A DNA stretch of 64,000 bases from an uncultured Nocardioides sp. GTDB lineage: Bacteria; Actinomycetota; Actinomycetes; Propionibacteriales; Nocardioidaceae. Shown piece by piece: positions 59,718-64,000 of the stretch (position 1 is the first letter of the stretch; each line of letters opens with the position of its first letter). The notes under the pieces are model-generated. The model searched no databases, was not told the DNA's origin, and saw nothing but the letters and a program-made list of their open reading frames with translations. A program made the translations under genes and the position numbers. The stretch covers positions 8,545 through 72,544 of the forward strand of contig CAZJDU010000003.1 of assembly GCA_964544855.1 (NCBI GenBank), in the 5' to 3' direction.

Positions 59718-60752
59718 GTGAAGGCGAACAGCATCATCGGCCGCGACATCGCGGTCGACCTCGGGACCGCCAACACCCTCGTCTATGTGCGCGGACGCGG
59801 CGTCCTGGTCGACGAGCCGAGCGTGGTCGCGCTCAACGCGTCGACGGGCGAGGTGATCGCCGTCGGCCGGCAGGCCAAGCAGATGATCGGGCGGACCCAC
59901 GACGACATCACGGCGCTGCGGCCGCTGCAGGACGGCGTGATCGCCGACTTCGAGGCCTCGGAGCAGATGCTGCGCCACTTCATCGCCCGCGTGCACCGAC
60001 GGCGCTACTTCGCCAAGCCGCGGATGGTGGTCTGCGTTCCGAGCGCGATCACCCCCGTCGAGCAACGCGCCGTCAAGGAGGCCGGCTACCAGGCGGGCGC
60101 CCGCAAGGTCTCGATCATCGAGGAGCCGATGGCGGCGGCGATCGGCGCCGGGCTGCCCGTCCACGAGCCGACCGGCAACATGATCGTCGACGTCGGCGGC
60201 GGCACGACCGAGGTCGCGGTCATCAGCCTCGGCGGCGTGGTCACCTCGCTCAGCGTCCGCACCGCCGGCGACGAGATCGACCGGAGCATCGGGGAGTGGC
60301 TCAGCAAGGAGCACGGCCTGATGATCGGCGACCGCACGGCGGAGGAGATCAAGACCACGCTGGGCTCGGCGTTCCCGGTTCCGGAGGAGATCACGGGTGA
60401 GGTGCGCGGCCGCGATCTCGTGAGCGGCCTGCCTCGCACCGTGTCGGTCACCAGCGCCGACGTCCGGCGTGCCCTGGAGGAGCCGCTCCAGGCCATCGTG
60501 GACGCCGTCCGGGGCACGTTGGACCGGACCCCGCCGGAACTGGCCGGCGACATCATGGACCGGGGCATCGTGCTCACCGGCGGTGGTGCGCTGCTGCGGG
60601 GCCTGGACGCGCGGATCCGGCACGAGACCGGGATGCCGGTGCACGTCGCGGACGAGCCGCTGATCTCGGTGGCGCTGGGGGCCGGTCGCTGTGTCGAGGA
60701 GTACGAGGCACTGCAGCAGCTGCTCGTCACCAATCCCGGGCGGCGGTTCTGA
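59718..60752 (+). CDS. mreB: Rod shape-determining protein MreB
   Basis: DLGTANTL, IEEPMAAAIG, DVGGGTTEV, LTGGGALL. Confidence 0.97.
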   Translation: MKANSIIGRDIAVDLGTANTLVYVRGRGVLVDEPSVVALNASTGEVIAVGRQAKQMIGRTHDDITALRPLQDGVIADFEASEQMLRHFIARVHRRRYFAKPRMVVCVPSAITPVEQRAVKEAGYQAGARKVSIIEEPMAAAIGAGLPVHEPTGNMIVDVGGGTTEVAVISLGGVVTSLSVRTAGDEIDRSIGEWLSKEHGLMIGDRTAEEIKTTLGSAFPVPEEITGEVRGRDLVSGLPRTVSVTSADVRRALEEPLQAIVDAVRGTLDRTPPELAGDIMDRGIVLTGGGALLRGLDARIRHETGMPVHVADEPLISVALGAGRCVEEYEALQQLLVTNPGRRF

Positions 60753-61714
60753 TGTCGCTGCGCACGCTGCCACCCCGTCACGACCGGCCCGAGCAGCGAT
60801 CGTGGCGCGACGTCTCTGACGACGACGATCCTCGTGGCCGTCCCTCGCGTGCCCTGCTGGTCGCTCTGGTGCTGGCGTGCGTCACGCTGATGGTGGTCGA
60901 CCACACCGGCGGCGACGGGTCGCCGGTCGCGCCCGTGCGGCGGGTGGCCGGCGAGGTCCTCGGCCCGGCCGAGGCGCTCACCACCACGGCGATGCGGCCC
61001 TTCCTCTCGCTGGAGGGTGCCCTGCGCAGCAACGCGTCGCTGCGCGACGAGGTCGCGGCACTGGAGGCGGACAACGCCCGGCTCGAGGCCGCGCTCCGCG
61101 CCGCGGGGTACGACGAGCGCCGGGTGAGCGAGCTGCGCAACCTGCGCGCCGTCGCGGGTGATCTCGGGTATGCGCTGCTGCCGGCCCGCGTCGTCGCGAT
61201 CGGACCTGCACAGTCCTTCTCCCACACCGTCACCATCGATGCCGGGGCCGAGGCGGGGCTCGGCCCCGACATGACCGTGCTGGCCGCTGACGGGCTGGTC
61301 GGCCGGGTCACGGAGGTCACCGGGCACACCGCGACCGTGCGGCTGGTCGTCGACGCCGACGTCACGGTCGGAGGGCGGGTCGGCACCACCATGGAGCTCG
61401 GGTTCGTGCACGGCCGCGGCGGGGTCGGCGGCGACGCCCGGCTCGACCTCGAGCTCGTCGACGAGACCGTCGTCCCGCGCCGGGGACAGCCGGTGGTGAC
61501 GTGGGGCAGCCAGGGCGGAGCGCCGTACGTCGCGGGCGTGCCGATCGGTGAGGTCACCGAGGTCTACGAGTCGCTGCGGGAGACGTCCTACCGCGCGGTG
61601 GTGCGGCCCTACGTCGACTTCTCCTCGCTCGATCTGGTCGGGGTCGTCGTGCCGTCGGGCAGTGAGAGCAGCCGCCCGGTGATCGAGGCCGATCGGAGCG
61701 TGAGGATCCCGTGA
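60752..61714 (+). CDS. mreC: Rod shape-determining protein MreC
   Basis: TM + coiled coil, TIDAG, GLVGRV, GVPIG; follows mreB. Confidence 0.93.
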   Translation: MSLRTLPPRHDRPEQRSWRDVSDDDDPRGRPSRALLVALVLACVTLMVVDHTGGDGSPVAPVRRVAGEVLGPAEALTTTAMRPFLSLEGALRSNASLRDEVAALEADNARLEAALRAAGYDERRVSELRNLRAVAGDLGYALLPARVVAIGPAQSFSHTVTIDAGAEAGLGPDMTVLAADGLVGRVTEVTGHTATVRLVVDADVTVGGRVGTTMELGFVHGRGGVGGDARLDLELVDETVVPRRGQPVVTWGSQGGAPYVAGVPIGEVTEVYESLRETSYRAVVRPYVDFSSLDLVGVVVPSGSESSRPVIEADRSVRIP

Positions 61715-62316
61715 CCACCTCAGCCCGGCTGCTGGCCGCCGTCGTCGCCGTACCGCTGTTCTTCCTGCTCCAGGTCACGGTGCTCACCCAGCTCACCTGG
61801 CACGGCCTGGCGCCGCACCTGGTGCTGCTGATGGTCGTCGGCGCGGCGCTCGCGACCGACACGCGGTTCGCCACCCTGCTCGGCTTCGCGGCGGGACTGC
61901 TGCTCGACGTCGCGCCGCCCGGTGACCACACGGCAGGGCGCTGGGCCCTGGCACTGCTGGTGGTGGGCTACGTCGTCGGTCGCCTCAGCCACGACCATCG
62001 TCCGGCGCCGGCGGGCCCCCTCGATGCCGAGCAGGTGCGCCTGCTCCGGCGGCCTCCGCTGCTCCTGGTGCTGGCCGCTGCCGCGGGCGGGTCGTTCGTC
62101 GGGATGTCCGTGTTCGCCCTCAGTGGGCTGGCGCTCGGCGAGACCGGCGGGATCGGCGATGCCCTCGCGGTGGTGCTCACCGGGCTGTTGCTGGACACCC
62201 TGGCCGGTCTCGTCGTGGTCCCGATGACGGTGTGGTGGTTCACGCGGGGCATCGAGCCGCGCGCGCCGTCCACCGGCATGCCCGCGTGGCGGCAGCGACG
62301 GATGGCATCGGGATGA
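61711..62316 (+). CDS. mreD: Rod shape-determining protein MreD
   Basis: Hydrophobic, GFAAGLLLDVAPP.DH..GRWAL. Confidence 0.9.
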   Translation: MTTSARLLAAVVAVPLFFLLQVTVLTQLTWHGLAPHLVLLMVVGAALATDTRFATLLGFAAGLLLDVAPPGDHTAGRWALALLVVGYVVGRLSHDHRPAPAGPLDAEQVRLLRRPPLLLVLAAAAGGSFVGMSVFALSGLALGETGGIGDALAVVLTGLLLDTLAGLVVVPMTVWWFTRGIEPRAPSTGMPAWRQRRMASG

Positions 62317-64000
62317 GCCGTCGTACGGCGGACGCCTCGCAGCGCAGCCGGCTGCGGCTGATCGTGATCCAGGCGCTCATCCTCTCGCTGCTCGGCACGC
62401 TCGCCGTCCGGCTGTACTACCTCCAGGTCGTGGCCGGTGAGGCCTACCAGGGGAAGGCGGCGTCGCAGTCGGTCCGCGAGGTCGTGGTGCAGCCGCAACG
62501 CGGGCTCGTCGTCGATGCCCGGGGCCGGCCGCTGGTGGCCAACCGGCTCACCTGGGTCGCGTCGATCGACACCGCCCTGCTGGACCGGATGCCGGACGAG
62601 CAGCGACGGGCGCTGCTGCGTCGTGCCGGGAAGGTGATCGGTCTCCGCCCGGCCGCCCTCCGGCGCAGGCTCGCACTGTGTGGCACCGAGGGCGCGGTCG
62701 CGGGCGAGTGCTGGAACGGCTCGCCCCACCAGCCGGTGCCGATCGCCTCCGACCTGCCCGAGCGGGTCGCCCTGCGCATCCTGGAGCAGACCGAGGACTT
62801 CCCGGGCGTGCTCGTCGAGCAGCAGAGCGTGCGTGCCTACCCCGAGCCGTTCGGGATCAACGCCGCGCACGTGCTGGGCTATCTGAGCCCGATCACCGAG
62901 CGCGAGCTGGCCGCCGCCGAGGCGGCGGACGACGCATCGGTCAACGGAGCGTCGGTGGTGGGCCGGGCCGGCGTGGAGAAGACCTACGACGCGTGGCTGC
63001 GCGGGCAGCCCGGATACCGCCGGGTCGCGGTCGACTCGATGGGGCGTCCGCTCGCCGATGTCGACGACCTCGCGGCCCAGCCCGGCGACACGCTGGTCAC
63101 CACGCTCGACGCGAAGGTCCAGTCGGTGGTGGAGCGCCAGCTCGACCGCACGATCCGCACGGCGCGCCGTACGGTCGACCCGGTGACAGGGAGGCGGTAC
63201 GCCGCCGACTCCGGCGCGGCGATCGTGATGGAGGCGCAGACCGGTCGGATCGTCGCGATGGCGAGCCAGCCGACGTACGACCCGGAGGTCTGGGTCGACG
63301 GGATCAGCAACCGGCAGCTCGCGCGGCTCTACTCGGAGGCGGCCGGGACGCCGCTGCTCGGGAGGGCGCTGCAGGGGCAGTTCGCGCCCGGGTCGACGTG
63401 GAAGCCGTTCATGGCCGCGGGCGCGCTCACCCACGGCTACACCACCGACACCCGGCTGAACTGCTCCTCCTCGCTGCGGGTCGGCAACCGGGACTTCGAG
63501 AACTACGAGTCCGGCGCCTACGGCTACATCGGCTTCGACCAGGCGCTCGAGGTCTCGTGCAACACCTTCTTCTACCGGATCGGCTACGACTTCTGGCGCC
63601 GCTACGGGTCCGACGTGGCTGACGTGACGGCGAAGGACCCGCTGGTGGCCGAGGCGAAGGAGTTCGGTTTCGGCAGCCCGACGGGCGTGGACCTGCCGGG
63701 CGAGTCGTCGGGTCGGATCGCCGACCGGCGGTGGAAGCGGGACTACTTCGAGCAGCAGCAGGACTACTACTGCCGTATCGCCGAGGACCCGGGGCCGGAC
63801 ACCAGCAGCTTCCTGCGGCTCTTCGCCCGGGAGTTCTGTGTGGAGGGGTATGCCTACCGGGCCGGCGACGCGGTGAACTTCGCGATCGGCCAGGGCGACA
63901 CGGTGGTGACGCCGCTGCAGCTGGCCCGGGCGTACGGCGCGCTGGCGAACGGCGGCACGCTCTACGAGCCGCGGGTCGGGAAGGCCGTGGTCTCGCCGGA
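62313..64000 (+). CDS. mrdA: Penicillin-binding protein 2 (3'-truncated by window edge)
   Basis: RLYYLQV, GRAGVEKTYD, PGSTWK (SxxK), SCN (SxN), IGQG..TPLQLA; ATGA overlap with mreD. Confidence 0.93.
   Translation, partial: MSRRTADASQRSRLRLIVIQALILSLLGTLAVRLYYLQVVAGEAYQGKAASQSVREVVVQPQRGLVVDARGRPLVANRLTWVASIDTALLDRMPDEQRRALLRRAGKVIGLRPAALRRRLALCGTEGAVAGECWNGSPHQPVPIASDLPERVALRILEQTEDFPGVLVEQQSVRAYPEPFGINAAHVLGYLSPITERELAAAEAADDASVNGASVVGRAGVEKTYDAWLRGQPGYRRVAVDSMGRPLADVDDLAAQPGDTLVTTLDAKVQSVVERQLDRTIRTARRTVDPVTGRRYAADSGAAIVMEAQTGRIVAMASQPTYDPEVWVDGISNRQLARLYSEAAGTPLLGRALQGQFAPGSTWKPFMAAGALTHGYTTDTRLNCSSSLRVGNRDFENYESGAYGYIGFDQALEVSCNTFFYRIGYDFWRRYGSDVADVTAKDPLVAEAKEFGFGSPTGVDLPGESSGRIADRRWKRDYFEQQQDYYCRIAEDPGPDTSSFLRLFAREFCVEGYAYRAGDAVNFAIGQGDTVVTPLQLARAYGALANGGTLYEPRVGKAVVSP

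Overview
High-GC actinobacterial chromosome segment, most consistent with Nocardioides/Propionibacteriales. It is mostly core cell-envelope and housekeeping genes. From left to right: a class E sortase with two LPDTG substrates; LLM oxidoreductase, crotonase, two LCP proteins, thioesterase and a LysR/dehydratase pair; a galactofuranose wall-polymer cluster (two GT2s, glf, glfT2-like, wzm/wzt) with an amidase; manC, fbiB/fbiA, whiB, manB, ahcY; mtrA-mtrB-lpqB-comF-hpf; a MerR-associated mce operon running into an acyl-CoA ligase, a DUF2236/MpaB-like oxygenase and an aldehyde dehydrogenase; and ndk-mreBCD-mrdA. The most notable non-obvious signals are: (1) a ~290-nt raiA-motif structured ncRNA between comF and hpf, with an expanded 5' insert and a 105-bp tandem/inverted-repeat element directly downstream; (2) the Mce + ligase + MpaB/Lcp-like oxygenase + ALDH operon, a candidate lipid import and oxidative-cleavage pathway; (3) a 133-nt four-helix hairpin occluding the mreB ribosome-binding site; (4) a 9-bp-period TGTGAC/GTCACA repeat in front of three cell-wall loci; (5) twin ECF-type promoters before the sortase substrates, and a KstR-type box beside an unannotated 47-aa gene. 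No tRNA, rRNA, transposase or CRISPR was seen. All calls come from reading the sequence by eye; no searches were run.
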